Source: Chthoniobacterales bacterium
GTDB lineage: Bacteria > Verrucomicrobiota > Verrucomicrobiia > Chthoniobacterales > DASVRZ01
Direction: 5' to 3'
Length of the DNA: 64,000 nucleotides
Assembly: GCA_038225185.1 (NCBI GenBank)
Contig: JBBRFA010000001.1
Span: 20,754 to 84,753 of the forward strand
Shown here: positions 8,514 to 18,269 of the stretch, in pieces
Numbering within the stretch: the stretch's first letter is position 1
Layout of the letters: each line of letters begins with the position of its first letter
The notes under the pieces: model-generated
Database searches by the model: none
The model's input: the letters and a program-made list of their open reading frames with translations, nothing else
Told to the model about the DNA's origin: nothing
Made by a program: the position numbers and the translations under genes

Positions 8514-9731
8514 ATGACGCTTTCCACCGTGCCAGACGCTGCCACTTCATCCACCGATAACCCACTGATCTCCAGCTCTGCCCAGGATGCCATCGTTCAT
8601 CTTTCCACGCTCATCCCGGAACTCGCCTCCGCAGCCCTCACCAAGCTCAATGTCCTGCGGCGTAACGAAATTTTCAACCTGCTCCCACCCGCGCATCTCG
8701 AACAAATTCTATCCGCCACTCCCCTCGACGTCGCCTCTCACTGGAAATCCATCCGCCGCTATCCCGAAGGCTCCATCGGACGACTCATCGAACCGCCCAT
8801 CGCCGTCTTCAGCCCCGAAGTCACCGTCGGCCAGGCCACCGAGGAATTACGTCAACTCACCAAAAAAGCCTTCATCACCTACGGATTTACCACCGACGAA
8901 AAAGGCAGGCTCCTGGGCGTCATCGTCATGCGCGAACTCCTCCTCGCCCGCCCCGAGCAAACTCTCGCCGAAATCTCCCTCGGCAATCCATTTTTTCTCA
9001 CCCCCGAAATGGAAATCACCGAGGCCATGAAATCTGTCCTCAACCGCCATTACCCAGTCTATCCCGTCTGCACGCCCGAGGGCGTTCTCGTCGGTCTCGT
9101 GCGCGGCTCCACCCTTTTCGAGGCCCAGGCCGTCGAACTCTCCGCCCAGGCAGGTTCCATGGTCGGTGTCGATAAAGAGGAACGCCTCGGCACCCCCTGG
9201 ACCACCAGTTTAAAATTTCGTCACCCCTGGCTGCAACTCAATCTGCTGACTGCCTTCGTCGCCGCCGCCGTCGTCGGAGCTTTCGAGGGCACCCTGGAAA
9301 AAGTCGTTCTCCTCGCCGTCTTCCTCCCGGTGCTCGCCGGGCAATCGGGCAACACCGGCAGCCAGGCGCTCGCCGTGGCTTTGCGAGCCATGACCCTGGG
9401 AGAATTTCGCTCCGGCAAAGAACGCAAAGCACTTTTTAAAGAAGGCATCCTCGGCCTCTGCAACGGCGCCCTCGTCGGCATCACCGCCGGCATCGGTATG
9501 TTCGTCTATGCCACCATGCAGAAAAACAACGACGCCTTTAAATTGGGTGGGATTGTTTTCGTGGCCATGACCGTGAGTTGCGTCGTTAGCGGGATCGCAG
9601 GGGTGATCATTCCCGTCACTTTAAAAAAACTCGGTGCCGATCCCGCCACCGCCTCCAGCATCTTTCTCACCACCGCCACCGATGTGGTGAGCATGGGACT
9701 TTTCCTCGGTCTCGCCACCATCCTGCTGTAA
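8514..9731 (+). CDS. mgtE: Magnesium transporter MgtE
   Basis: 405 aa. MgtE N-domain, tandem CBS region, and TM domain with VFLPVLAGQSGNTGSQALAVALRAM and the TTATDVVSMGLFLGLA signature stretches. Confidence 0.9.
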   Translation: MTLSTVPDAATSSTDNPLISSSAQDAIVHLSTLIPELASAALTKLNVLRRNEIFNLLPPAHLEQILSATPLDVASHWKSIRRYPEGSIGRLIEPPIAVFSPEVTVGQATEELRQLTKKAFITYGFTTDEKGRLLGVIVMRELLLARPEQTLAEISLGNPFFLTPEMEITEAMKSVLNRHYPVYPVCTPEGVLVGLVRGSTLFEAQAVELSAQAGSMVGVDKEERLGTPWTTSLKFRHPWLQLNLLTAFVAAAVVGAFEGTLEKVVLLAVFLPVLAGQSGNTGSQALAVALRAMTLGEFRSGKERKALFKEGILGLCNGALVGITAGIGMFVYATMQKNNDAFKLGGIVFVAMTVSCVVSGIAGVIIPVTLKKLGADPATASSIFLTTATDVVSMGLFLGLATILL

Positions 9732-10853
9732 ATGGCCGCCACCCCCGCCAGATTGATCGTGGCCTCGAGCGAAACCTCGTCCGAACTGCGTTATGCCACC
9801 CAGTTTCTAGTCAGCGACCCGGTGATTTTCCTCGATCACAAAGGCAAACGCACTCTCGTCCTGAGCGATTTGGAAATCGACCGCGGCAAGCGCGAAGCTC
9901 AAGTCGAGGAAATCGTCGCCCTCTCAGATCTCAATCGTTCGCTCAAAAATGGACCCGGCGACCCCACCCTTTCCGAGAGCGTTGCCAGATTCCTCCATCA
10001 ACGCCACTTGAAAAAAGTGCATGTGCCCTCCGATTTTCCCCTCGGCCTGGCTCGTCATTTGGAAGCCGCAGGCCTTGAACTGGTGCCAGTCGAAGGCTTG
10101 TTTTATCCCGAACGCGAATTTAAATCGTCCGCCGAAATCAAGCTCGTGCAACGCGCCCTGCGCATCACCCAGACCGGCATGGCCCGGGGCTTCGAGGTCC
10201 TGCACGCCACCACCATCGGCCCCCGGCGCGCCTTGCTTTGGGGAGGAAAAAAACTCACCTCCGAAATTTTGCGAGCAGAGATCGACAGCGCCATCCTGCA
10301 TGCGGGCGGACAACCCGCCCACACCATCGTCGCCGGGGGCAACCAGGCCTGCGATCCACACGAACGCGGGCATGGCCCGCTCTACGCCGACTCCCTCATC
10401 ATCCTCGACATCTTCCCGCGCGACGCCACCACCGGCTACTTCGGCGACCTTACCCGCACCGTGGTTCGAGGCCGGGCCAGCGACGCCCAACGTCAGCTCT
10501 GGCAAACCGTCCTCGCAGGGCAGCGACTCGCCTTGCAGAAAATGAAACCGGGCCTCGCGGGAGCCGCTTTGCATCAGGAAATAAAAGATTTTTTTACACG
10601 GGAAGGTTATCCCACCGCGCTCCGCGACGGACGGTGGGGCGGGTTTTTTCACGGCACCGGCCACGGTCTCGGCCTCGACATTCACGAAATTCCGCGTTTT
10701 GGCAAAACCACTTTTCGCCCCGGACAAGTGCTTACTGTCGAACCCGGCCTCTACTATTATGGACTCGGCGGTGTGCGCCACGAAGATGTCGTCACCATCA
10801 CCGATCAGGGCATAAAAATGTTATCCTCTCATCCCAAACCTTTGGAAATCTAG
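9732..10853 (+). CDS. M24-family Xaa-Pro aminopeptidase/dipeptidase
   Basis: Pita-bread fold motifs: DPHERGHGPL, LIILDIFPR..TGYFGDLTRT, HGTGHGLGLDIHEIP, VEPGLYY..LGGVRHEDVVTIT. The ATG directly abuts the mgtE stop. Confidence 0.9.
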   Translation: MAATPARLIVASSETSSELRYATQFLVSDPVIFLDHKGKRTLVLSDLEIDRGKREAQVEEIVALSDLNRSLKNGPGDPTLSESVARFLHQRHLKKVHVPSDFPLGLARHLEAAGLELVPVEGLFYPEREFKSSAEIKLVQRALRITQTGMARGFEVLHATTIGPRRALLWGGKKLTSEILRAEIDSAILHAGGQPAHTIVAGGNQACDPHERGHGPLYADSLIILDIFPRDATTGYFGDLTRTVVRGRASDAQRQLWQTVLAGQRLALQKMKPGLAGAALHQEIKDFFTREGYPTALRDGRWGGFFHGTGHGLGLDIHEIPRFGKTTFRPGQVLTVEPGLYYYGLGGVRHEDVVTITDQGIKMLSSHPKPLEI

Positions 10854-10868
10854 CCCGTCTTTTTTCCT

Positions 10869-11225
10869 GTGAGCAAACGGCATAAATTTCCGGTTACACC
10901 AGCCAAGACCGCCAGTCTGTATGTCCGCATGGAAGTCCTCGGCCTGCGCGAAGAAGACTTGGTGGAAGATTATTTTAAAACCGTTAAAAGCGGAGGTAAA
11001 GCGGGCTTGATCGGAGTAAGCCTGTATCACCCGGCCAGCGGCCTGCGCGTGCGCTGTCCGAAGGAACGCAGCCAGGGCCTCAATCGGTTTCTGGCCAGAA
11101 GAATGTTAGTCGTAATGCTCGAAAAACGTCGGGCCAGGGACGAAGCCGCCGCCTTGCTGCCTCCCCCGCTTCCTCCACAAAATCTCACCCTCCCGCCACC
11201 TCCCGTCCACTGGGGCTTGCAGTGA
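10869..11225 (+). CDS. RF-1-domain (ArfB/ICT1-like) protein with a degenerate GGQ motif
   Basis: 118 aa, GTG start. KTVKSGGKAGLIGVSLYHPASGLRVRCPKERSQGLNRFLARRMLVVML aligns by eye with the peptidyl-tRNA hydrolase domain of class-I release factors and ArfB (..GAGGQHVNK..A..L.........I.CQ.ERSQ..NR..A...L). GGQ reads GGK here. Confidence 0.6.
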   Translation: MSKRHKFPVTPAKTASLYVRMEVLGLREEDLVEDYFKTVKSGGKAGLIGVSLYHPASGLRVRCPKERSQGLNRFLARRMLVVMLEKRRARDEAAALLPPPLPPQNLTLPPPPVHWGLQ

Positions 11226-11244
11226 TCCGAGCGGCCAAACTTTT

Positions 11245-11748
11245 TTAGAGAGCAGGACTTTTCACGAAAAAAAACAGCCCTTCCGCCAGATGTTTGCGTG
11301 CCAGTTTCCCTACCCAGGGAATCTCCCACTCTTTGCCAGAGAAAGCTTTTACCATCGTGATAATCCAGATTACGAACATTCCCATCAGAATAAAAAACCA
11401 AGCCAGACTGATGATAAATCCGAGAATCTGACCCAGGATGGGAATGATTTGTAAGACGCCCACGAGAATGGTTACCGACACACTGGCGAGAAATGCACCA
11501 GCTCCAAAGTAAGCCGATTGCAGCGCATAAAAACGCACGAACGGATGCTTTTTTTCAATGAAGTAAAAAATGATGCCGCCCAATAAAGGAAAAACCGCTG
11601 CAATGCCTGCCGCAATATTCGGAGCAAGACCAGTTTCCGTAACGCTCGAAGCGGTTTCCGGAGCTAACGGAGCCATGGGAGGCTCGGGTGGGGAAGCCGG
11701 GTTTTCGGGGGCGTTCGGAGGAACGGGGGTTTCGGGTATTTCGGACAT
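11245..11748 (-). CDS. DUF4870-like membrane protein with a Pro-rich N-terminus
   Basis: 167 aa. Three or four TM helices and the family-typical ...FYFIEKKHPFVRFYALQSAYFG...MVKAFSGKEWEIPWVGKLA. Confidence 0.6.
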   Translation of the reverse strand: MSEIPETPVPPNAPENPASPPEPPMAPLAPETASSVTETGLAPNIAAGIAAVFPLLGGIIFYFIEKKHPFVRFYALQSAYFGAGAFLASVSVTILVGVLQIIPILGQILGFIISLAWFFILMGMFVIWIITMVKAFSGKEWEIPWVGKLARKHLAEGLFFFVKSPAL

Positions 11749-11819
11749 AATCGTTTTTTTCAGTTAAAGTTGACCGCGTCTGATATTTTACTAGCTTTGG
11801 ATAAACTTAAAGTCAAGCC

Positions 11820-12665
11820 ATGATCGCCCCCCGCCCGCTGCTCCCCTCCGATCTTGCCCCTGGGGATCAGCGTTCCGCTGGTTTGTCGTGGGAATCCCTG
11901 CGCATCATCGAGGCGTCCCACGCCGACGACCCCGACTTCGAACGAATCTATCAATTGCTCGAAGCGGAATTTGGTGCCAAAAACGAAATCGAAACGCGCG
12001 CCGTGCTCCATGAACGACTTGCCTGGCAGATTCAGGAAGCCCATGACGACATTCACCTGCGGTATCATTTGTTAGGCATTGAAATGGACGGGCACATCGT
12101 CGCCGTGCGCGATCACATCGTCATGGTGCAGACCCATCCCGTGCCAGGCACCACCGTTCTCCTCTCGCACGCCTTGGTGCTGCCCGAAATGCGGCGGACC
12201 GGATTGGCCGGCTGGCTGCGCGCATTTCCTTTGCACGATGTGCGCGAATGCCATCGCAAACTGCATTTAACCAATCCGCCACCACCCAATCTGATTGCAG
12301 AAATGGAACCTCTTTCGTCTCCCGAACAATTGCCCCGGCTCAAGGCCTATGCCAGGGCAGGATTCCGCCGTGTGCAACCCGAAACTATTCCCTATCATCA
12401 GCCCGACTTCCGCCCTTTTGCAGAGATCGATGCCTCGGGTGGTCCGCAGCCGCTGCCTTTTTGGCTGATGATCCGCCGCATCGGACGCGAACACGAAGCT
12501 CTCTGCCAATCTTCCGAAATCCGCTCCTCCGTGCGTCATTTTTATACCATGTATGGCCAGATTTTTCGCCGGAAGGACATGGCCTCCCTCTGGCAGGCTT
12601 TGGACAACTATCCCCCCTGTGAAACGGACATCCCATTGGAGGATATTAGCTTTTTGGAAACATGA
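11820..12665 (+). CDS. GNAT-like acetyltransferase family protein
   Basis: 281 aa. Acetyl-CoA motif-A-like stretch LLSHALVLPEMRRTGLAGWL in a beta-alpha context. The stop overlaps the start of the next gene (12662). Confidence 0.5.
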   Translation: MIAPRPLLPSDLAPGDQRSAGLSWESLRIIEASHADDPDFERIYQLLEAEFGAKNEIETRAVLHERLAWQIQEAHDDIHLRYHLLGIEMDGHIVAVRDHIVMVQTHPVPGTTVLLSHALVLPEMRRTGLAGWLRAFPLHDVRECHRKLHLTNPPPPNLIAEMEPLSSPEQLPRLKAYARAGFRRVQPETIPYHQPDFRPFAEIDASGGPQPLPFWLMIRRIGREHEALCQSSEIRSSVRHFYTMYGQIFRRKDMASLWQALDNYPPCETDIPLEDISFLET

Positions 12666-13582
12666 TCCCGACCTCTTATCATCCAGGTTTTGCCGCCGAT
12701 ATCGGACCGCATATCATGCCCATGCGCAAGTTTTCCCTGGTGGCCGGTGAGCTTGATACAAATAAATGGGCCGACCTGATCGGCCCCGCTCCTGTTAGCT
12801 ATCAGGAGCTTCTGCTCGTGCACGATTCCAGCTATCTCGCAGCCATCCAAACCGGCGAACCGCGACCACTCGCCGAATCGCAAAAGTTTCCCTGGTCGCC
12901 CGCTCTCTGGCCCTCCGTTTTGCTAACTAATGGCGGTGTGATTGCCGCCGCACGTTCCGCCCTGCAAACGGGGATCGGCGCAGCGTTGGCCAGCGGATTT
13001 CATCACGCGCATCAAAAACAAGGCGAAGGATTTTGCACCTTCAACGGATTGGTGCTTGCCGGTGAAATTTTACGCAGGGAAAACCGCATCCAGACGTTGG
13101 CCGTGCTCGACATGGATCTGCATTACGGCAATGGCACCGCCCTGCTGGCCGCGAATCGCCCCTGGCTGCGCCAGCTTTCCATCTACGGGAACGATTACTG
13201 GGAGAACACCGCCTACCGCGATGTTAGCATCGTGCAACATCTGGATGGAGATAATCATCGCTCGGTGCCGCTGCCGGCTGGAACGGATTGGCTGGCTTTA
13301 AAAAAAATCATGGAGGAAAACATCCCCTGGCTTTTAGACGAAATCCGTCCCGACCTGCTGCTCTATCAAGCAGGAGCGGACTATTTGCGAGACGACCCTT
13401 ATTCGCCGCTGGATCTGGATCACGCCGCGCTTTTGGAACGGGATCGGTTGGTTTTTCGACTCGCCCACGAACGCGCAATTCCTCTCGCCTGGACTCTTGC
13501 AGGAGGTTACTCTCCGGAACTCGAAAAAATCGTGCGCGTTCACACCAACACCTTTCTCGCCGCCCAGGAAATCCATGGATGA
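12662..13582 (+). CDS. Histone deacetylase/acetylpolyamine amidohydrolase family protein
   Basis: ASGFHHAHQKQGEGFCTFNG, LDMDLHYGNGT and YQAGADYLRDDPYSPLDL match the arginase-fold HDAC signatures. Confidence 0.85.
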   Translation: MIPTSYHPGFAADIGPHIMPMRKFSLVAGELDTNKWADLIGPAPVSYQELLLVHDSSYLAAIQTGEPRPLAESQKFPWSPALWPSVLLTNGGVIAAARSALQTGIGAALASGFHHAHQKQGEGFCTFNGLVLAGEILRRENRIQTLAVLDMDLHYGNGTALLAANRPWLRQLSIYGNDYWENTAYRDVSIVQHLDGDNHRSVPLPAGTDWLALKKIMEENIPWLLDEIRPDLLLYQAGADYLRDDPYSPLDLDHAALLERDRLVFRLAHERAIPLAWTLAGGYSPELEKIVRVHTNTFLAAQEIHG

Positions 13583-14942
13583 TCCCGCCACATGGCAGAA
13601 TTTTGCGCCCGGCAACCTCAAGGTCGCCCTGCCAGCCGTCACCGCCAGCGACGTGGCATTTTCCGTTCAGCAAGCCGTCGAAGCCAGCCGGGAATGGAGT
13701 CGCGCCTCACTCGCCGAACGCACGTCCGCCCTGGAAAAAATTCATTCCGAGCTAACGATTCACTGCGAGGTTCTCGCCCGGCAAATCGCCCTGGAAGCTG
13801 GCAAACCGCTCACCGAAGCCCGCGGCGAAATGACCGCCGTTCTGGCAAAATTTTCCCACGTCTTCGCAGACGCGGAGCGTTATCTTGCCGATGAAACCGT
13901 TTCCGGCGGCCCGCATCCGGCCATGATCAGGAGACGACCGCGCGGACCGGCAGCAGTCATCGGCCCGTTTAATTTTCCTCTCCACCTCGGCAACGGGGCA
14001 ATCCTGGCTTATCTTCTGGCAGGCAATTGCGTTCTCTACAAACCCTCGCCGTTCACCCCTCTGGTCGCCCGGCACTATGGCGATATTCTCGCCAGACACC
14101 TTCCACCTGGTGTCTTTCAAATTGTCCAGGGACATGGGAAAATAAGTCGCGCCCTCGCTTTGCATGCCGCCGTGCGCTCAGTCTGTTTCACTGGCTCTGT
14201 TGCAGTCGGCAAACAACTCGCCATCGATCTGGCGGAGGATTACAGCAAGGATCTCGCGCTCGAATTGGGAGGAAAAAACGCTCTTTTTGTCGCCTCCGAT
14301 GCCGACTTAACCGCCGCCGCCCATGCCGCCGCCGAAGGCTTGTGCCTTACCGCCGGACAACGTTGCAATGGCACCAGCCGCGTCTGGGTGGACGCAGCCG
14401 TGGCCACCCCGTTTTACGAACAACTCGGGGTCGCTTTGCAAAAATTCATTCCCGGCGATCCCACCCTGGAAAGCACCAGCCTGGGGCCGGTCATCTCATC
14501 CGCCGCCCGCGAACGCCACGAAAAATTGATCGCCCGTTTCCAGGCCGACACCCCCTCCAGCGTTCCCTCGCAATTGAACGGTCATTACGTAAACCCGGCC
14601 ACGGTCCTGCGTGCGGCCGGCGAGGATTTGCTCGAGGCCGAACAATTCGTTCCATTCCTGGAAGTTGTAGTCGTCGATTCCCTGGAAAAAGCTGTCGAAA
14701 TCCAAAATCGCAGTGCATACGGTCTTTCCGCAGCGATATTTACGAAAAATGAGGCCCGTTTTCGCTGGTTTGCCGACGCCATCGTGGCGGGCAACGTTTA
14801 CGCCAATTTGCCGACCACTTTTTCTCCATCCACCCTGCCTTTTGGAGGGTTGGCCGCCTCTGGTAATCATCATCCAGGCGGCAAAGGGTTTGCCCGCTTC
14901 GCCGCCGACGAACAAGCCGTGCAATGGGCAAACTGGGTATAA
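13575..14942 (+). CDS. NAD(P)-dependent aldehyde dehydrogenase
   Basis: Track ORF 13497..14942 trimmed to ATG 13575, which overlaps the deacetylase stop by 8 nt. Motifs: FNFPL, LELGGKN, catalytic Cys in AGQRCNGTSR, EQFVPFL. Confidence 0.9.
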   Translation: MDDPATWQNFAPGNLKVALPAVTASDVAFSVQQAVEASREWSRASLAERTSALEKIHSELTIHCEVLARQIALEAGKPLTEARGEMTAVLAKFSHVFADAERYLADETVSGGPHPAMIRRRPRGPAAVIGPFNFPLHLGNGAILAYLLAGNCVLYKPSPFTPLVARHYGDILARHLPPGVFQIVQGHGKISRALALHAAVRSVCFTGSVAVGKQLAIDLAEDYSKDLALELGGKNALFVASDADLTAAAHAAAEGLCLTAGQRCNGTSRVWVDAAVATPFYEQLGVALQKFIPGDPTLESTSLGPVISSAARERHEKLIARFQADTPSSVPSQLNGHYVNPATVLRAAGEDLLEAEQFVPFLEVVVVDSLEKAVEIQNRSAYGLSAAIFTKNEARFRWFADAIVAGNVYANLPTTFSPSTLPFGGLAASGNHHPGGKGFARFAADEQAVQWANWV

Positions 14943-14977
14943 AAAAACCAATTCCGCGCTTTTAGCTCATAAAAAGC

Positions 14978-15006
14978 TTGCTTAAAATCCTGTCGCAGTC
15001 TTATTT
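14978..15006 (+). promoter_or_regulatory. Possible sigma-70-type promoter for tRNA-Phe
   Basis: ttgctt (14978-14983), a 17-nt spacer, then ttattt (15001-15006), ending 14 nt before the tRNA 5' end. Pattern match only. Confidence 0.3.
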
Positions 15007-15020
15007 AGTGTCCTTTAAAC

Positions 15021-15096
<76 letters not shown>

Positions 15097-15106
15097 CTTT
15101 ACAAGC

Positions 15107-15144
15107 TCGCGAATCCCTCGAAATGAGGTGTTTGCGATTTTTTT
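15107..15144 (+). terminator. Possible rho-independent terminator after tRNA-Phe
   Basis: tcgcgaa(15107-15113) pairs with tttgcga(15131-15137), including one G-U pair. There is an inner cctc/gagg pairing, followed by a run of seven T. Confidence 0.45.
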
Positions 15145-15196
15145 GTTTTATAGACAACTCCTATTTAACAACACCGCAAGGCGGTTGGAGCGACGT

Positions 15197-16183
15197 TCAA
15201 GGCGGTAAAGTTTGCTCCAGACGGATGCAGGCGGCGGAACGGCCGGGAGATTTTTCCTCCAGCGGCGGGAGGGTTGCGGCACAGGCGGCGATGGCCTGCG
15301 GACAACGCGGATGAAAGGCGCAGCCCGCAGGAGGATGGATCGGCGAGGGCGGATCGCCTAACAAAAGAATGCGCTGACGATTTTTTTCGCGCACAGGATC
15401 GGGGATGGGAATCGCACTCACCAAAGCCTGGGTGTAAGGATGAAGCGGATGTTCCACCACGGCGACGGCAGGTCCCAGCTCGACGATTTTTCCCAGATAC
15501 ATCACAGCGATCCGGTCGGAGATATGTTTGACGACCGAAAGATCGTGCGAGATGAAAATAAGGGTGAGGCCCATTTCCCGGCTCAACTTGAGGAGTAGAT
15601 TGATGATTTGCGATTGGATGGAAACATCGAGGGCGGAGACCGGTTCGTCGGCAATGATGAGCTTGGGCTCGGGTGCAAGGGCGCGGGCGATGGCGATGCG
15701 CTGGCGTTGTCCGCCGCTGAATTCGTGGGGATATTTCCGCATCAGATTGGGCGACAAACCGACGGTGGTCATCAGGTTGGCCACCCGCTGGTCGAGGGCG
15801 TCGCCGGAGACGCGATGCCGGGTGCGAATGGCCTCGGAGAGTGTGTCGAAGACGGTCATGCGCGGGTTGAGCGAGGCATGAGGATCTTGAAAAATCATTT
15901 GAAAATCGAGTCGTTGCCGTCGGAGTTCGCGGCGGGAGACGCCTGCGAGATCGCGTCCTTCGAGACGAATCTGTCCCGAGGTGGCATCGAGCAGGCGGAG
16001 GATGGTGCGGGCCAGGGTGGATTTGCCGCAGCCCGATTCGCCGACGAGACCGAGGATTTCTCCACGTGCCAGGGTAAGGGAGACTCCATCGACGGCTTTG
16101 ACGTGACCGACGGTGCGGCCCAGGAGGATGCCGCTGCGCAGAGGGAACCAGGTGGCCAGATTTTCGATTTCCAAGAGTGGCAT
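15197..16183 (-). CDS. oppF: Oligopeptide/dipeptide ABC transporter ATP-binding protein
   Basis: Track ORF 15197..16513 trimmed to ATG 16183 (MPLLEIENL...). Walker [10 protein letters not shown], signature [15 protein letters not shown], Walker [13 protein letters not shown], and the C-terminal oligopeptide-transporter domain ..HPYTQAL.. Confidence 0.9.
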   Translation of the reverse strand: MPLLEIENLATWFPLRSGILLGRTVGHVKAVDGVSLTLARGEILGLVGESGCGKSTLARTILRLLDATSGQIRLEGRDLAGVSRRELRRQRLDFQMIFQDPHASLNPRMTVFDTLSEAIRTRHRVSGDALDQRVANLMTTVGLSPNLMRKYPHEFSGGQRQRIAIARALAPEPKLIIADEPVSALDVSIQSQIINLLLKLSREMGLTLIFISHDLSVVKHISDRIAVMYLGKIVELGPAVAVVEHPLHPYTQALVSAIPIPDPVREKNRQRILLLGDPPSPIHPPAGCAFHPRCPQAIAACAATLPPLEEKSPGRSAACIRLEQTLPP

Positions 16184-16191
16184 GGGTGTGG

Positions 16192-17175
16192 TTAGGAAAG
16201 GGTGAGGTCGCCGTCTTGCACGCGCAGACAGCGGGTGGCGTGGGCGGGCTGGAGGGTGACCAATTCGGGATGTCGCGCGCGGCAAAGGTCCCGCACATGG
16301 TCGCAGCGAGGCGCGAAAGCGCACCCGTCGGGCAGGTGCATGGGATCGGGTGGCAGGCCGGGGATGGTGTAAAGCTCGGTGTTTTTTTCCTGCAAAGCCG
16401 GGATGCTGCGCTGGAGGGCGGCGGCATAGGGATGCAAAGGATTGCGAAAGAGTTCCGTGGTGGGAGCCGATTCCACAATGCGTCCGCCATACATTACGTG
16501 GACGTGATCGCAAAACGAAGCCACGACGCCGAGATCGTGCGTGATGAAGATGACGGCGGTGCCGAGCTCGCGTTGCCGGGAGCGAATAAGCTCGAGGATT
16601 TGCGCCTGCACAGTGACGTCGAGAGCGGTGGTGGGTTCGTCGGCAATGAGAATTTCGGGCCGGGTGATGAGCGCCATGGCTATCATTACCCGCTGACGCA
16701 TGCCACCAGAAAATTCGTGCGGATAAAAATGGATGCGTCGAGCGGCGTCCTGGATGCCCACTTCCTCGAGTGCGGTGAGGGCGCGAAGGAGGGCGGCGGA
16801 GCGGGAGATTTTTTCGTGGATGAGAAGCGGCTCAATAATTTGCTCCGAGACGCGCAGGTAAGGGTTGAGGGAGGTCATCGGATCTTGAAAGATCATGGAG
16901 ATGCGTTTTCCCCGGATGCGATTGAGGGTGTGGAGCGGGGCGTGGAGCAGATCGATGCCGTCGAAAAGCGCGGTGCCGGCTTCGATGCGTCCGGGAGGGG
17001 TGGGGATGAGGCCGAGCAAAGAGTAACACGCGACGGATTTGCCCGAGCCAGATTCGCCGACGATGCCGATGGTTTGCCCGGCTTCGAGGGAGAAGCCGAC
17101 GCTCTGCACCGCGCGGACCACCCCGGCGCGGGTGTGGAAACTGGTGGTGAGATTTTGCACGTCGAGGAGTGGCAT
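16192..17175 (-). CDS. oppD: Oligopeptide/dipeptide ABC transporter ATP-binding protein
   Basis: 327 aa. [43 protein letters not shown]. Lies 8 nt upstream of oppF. Confidence 0.9.
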   Translation of the reverse strand: MPLLDVQNLTTSFHTRAGVVRAVQSVGFSLEAGQTIGIVGESGSGKSVACYSLLGLIPTPPGRIEAGTALFDGIDLLHAPLHTLNRIRGKRISMIFQDPMTSLNPYLRVSEQIIEPLLIHEKISRSAALLRALTALEEVGIQDAARRIHFYPHEFSGGMRQRVMIAMALITRPEILIADEPTTALDVTVQAQILELIRSRQRELGTAVIFITHDLGVVASFCDHVHVMYGGRIVESAPTTELFRNPLHPYAAALQRSIPALQEKNTELYTIPGLPPDPMHLPDGCAFAPRCDHVRDLCRARHPELVTLQPAHATRCLRVQDGDLTLS

Positions 17176-17177
17176 GG

Positions 17178-18254
17178 TTAGTCTTTCGAGGCGCGGGGAT
17201 CGAGGGCGTCGCGGAGGCCGTCGCCGAGGAAGTTAAGGCAGAATAAAGTGAGGGAGAAAATTCCGGCGGGAAAAAAGAGCAGCCAGGGACTGGTTTCGAG
17301 CGTTTTTGCTCCGTCATCGATGAGCACGCCCCAACTGCTCATCGGTGGTTGCACGCCCAGGCCGAGGAAACTGAGGACCGCTTCGAGCAGCATCACTTGG
17401 GGGACGGTGAGCGTGGAATAAACGATGACCGAACCGAGGACGTTGGGTATGAGATGTTTGAAAATAATCCGGAACCGGCTGAGCCCCAATGAAACGGCGG
17501 CCTCGATGAATTCGCGATGTTTTAGGGCCACGATTTCGCCGCGGACGATGCGAGCCATGGTGAGCCATTCCACGGCGCCGATGGCGATAAAGAGGAGAAA
17601 AATGCTTGGCGGAAGAAAAACCATGAGCAGGATGACGAAGATGGTAAAGGGGATGGTGTAGAGAATATCGACGATGCGCATGAGCACGATGTCGAGTTTG
17701 CCGCCGAAGTAACCGGAGATGGCGCCGTAGAGCACTCCGATCAAAATGGAAACGACGGTGGCCGCCAGGCCCACGCCGATGGAAATGCGTCCGCCGTGGA
17801 GGATGCGGACTAACAAATCGCGTCCGAGAGCGTCGGTGCCAAGCCAGTGGCGGCGATCCGAGAGTTGATAGGTGAATCGTCCCAGCTTGATCGCTTCGCC
17901 CGATTTGATTTGAGTGAGAGTCTGCTGGCGTTGGTCGGGGGTGAGATTGAGGAAGACGTTTTCGTCGATGAGTTTCCCTTCGGCGATGAAATCGATGCGC
18001 GGCTGGGAGGTTTTACGCAGGGGAGTGCGGGTGTAGATTTTTTCCAGAGGCGCGGAGGCTTTCAAGGTAACCGCCTGGTCGGCGGGTTTGAAGGGTAGAA
18101 AAAGGGGGCCAAAGAGGCAGAGGAGAGCAATGGTTAGAAACATGACCAGCCCGAAAACGGCGAGGCGATTGCGCGAGAGTCGATGCCAGGCATCGCGCCA
18201 AAGCGAGGTGCCGTGTTCGGCATGCAAAGGGGGCGGGAGGGGGGGGGCGGTCAT
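17178..18254 (-). CDS. oppC: Oligopeptide ABC transporter permease
   Basis: 358 aa. N-terminal anchor helix plus the BPD-transporter core with the EAA-type loop EAAVSLGLSRFRIIFKHLIPN. Its stop is 2 nt before the oppD start. Confidence 0.9.
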   Translation of the reverse strand: MTAPPLPPPLHAEHGTSLWRDAWHRLSRNRLAVFGLVMFLTIALLCLFGPLFLPFKPADQAVTLKASAPLEKIYTRTPLRKTSQPRIDFIAEGKLIDENVFLNLTPDQRQQTLTQIKSGEAIKLGRFTYQLSDRRHWLGTDALGRDLLVRILHGGRISIGVGLAATVVSILIGVLYGAISGYFGGKLDIVLMRIVDILYTIPFTIFVILLMVFLPPSIFLLFIAIGAVEWLTMARIVRGEIVALKHREFIEAAVSLGLSRFRIIFKHLIPNVLGSVIVYSTLTVPQVMLLEAVLSFLGLGVQPPMSSWGVLIDDGAKTLETSPWLLFFPAGIFSLTLFCLNFLGDGLRDALDPRASKD

Positions 18255-18269
18255 GGCCTAAGTAAGGAA

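Noticed and set aside
9924-10781. 285-aa minus-strand ORF, and the plus-strand ORFs 10021..10545 and 10238..10885
   Set aside because: They overlap the M24 peptidase gene. Arg/Pro-rich or Gly/Ala-rich compositions are typical of off-frame translation of GC-rich coding sequence.
15165-16490. 441-aa ORF on the minus strand
   Set aside because: It is on the same strand as oppF/oppD but out of frame and runs across their boundary. The Arg/Pro/Ser-rich translation has no ABC motifs, whereas the in-frame readings have all of them.
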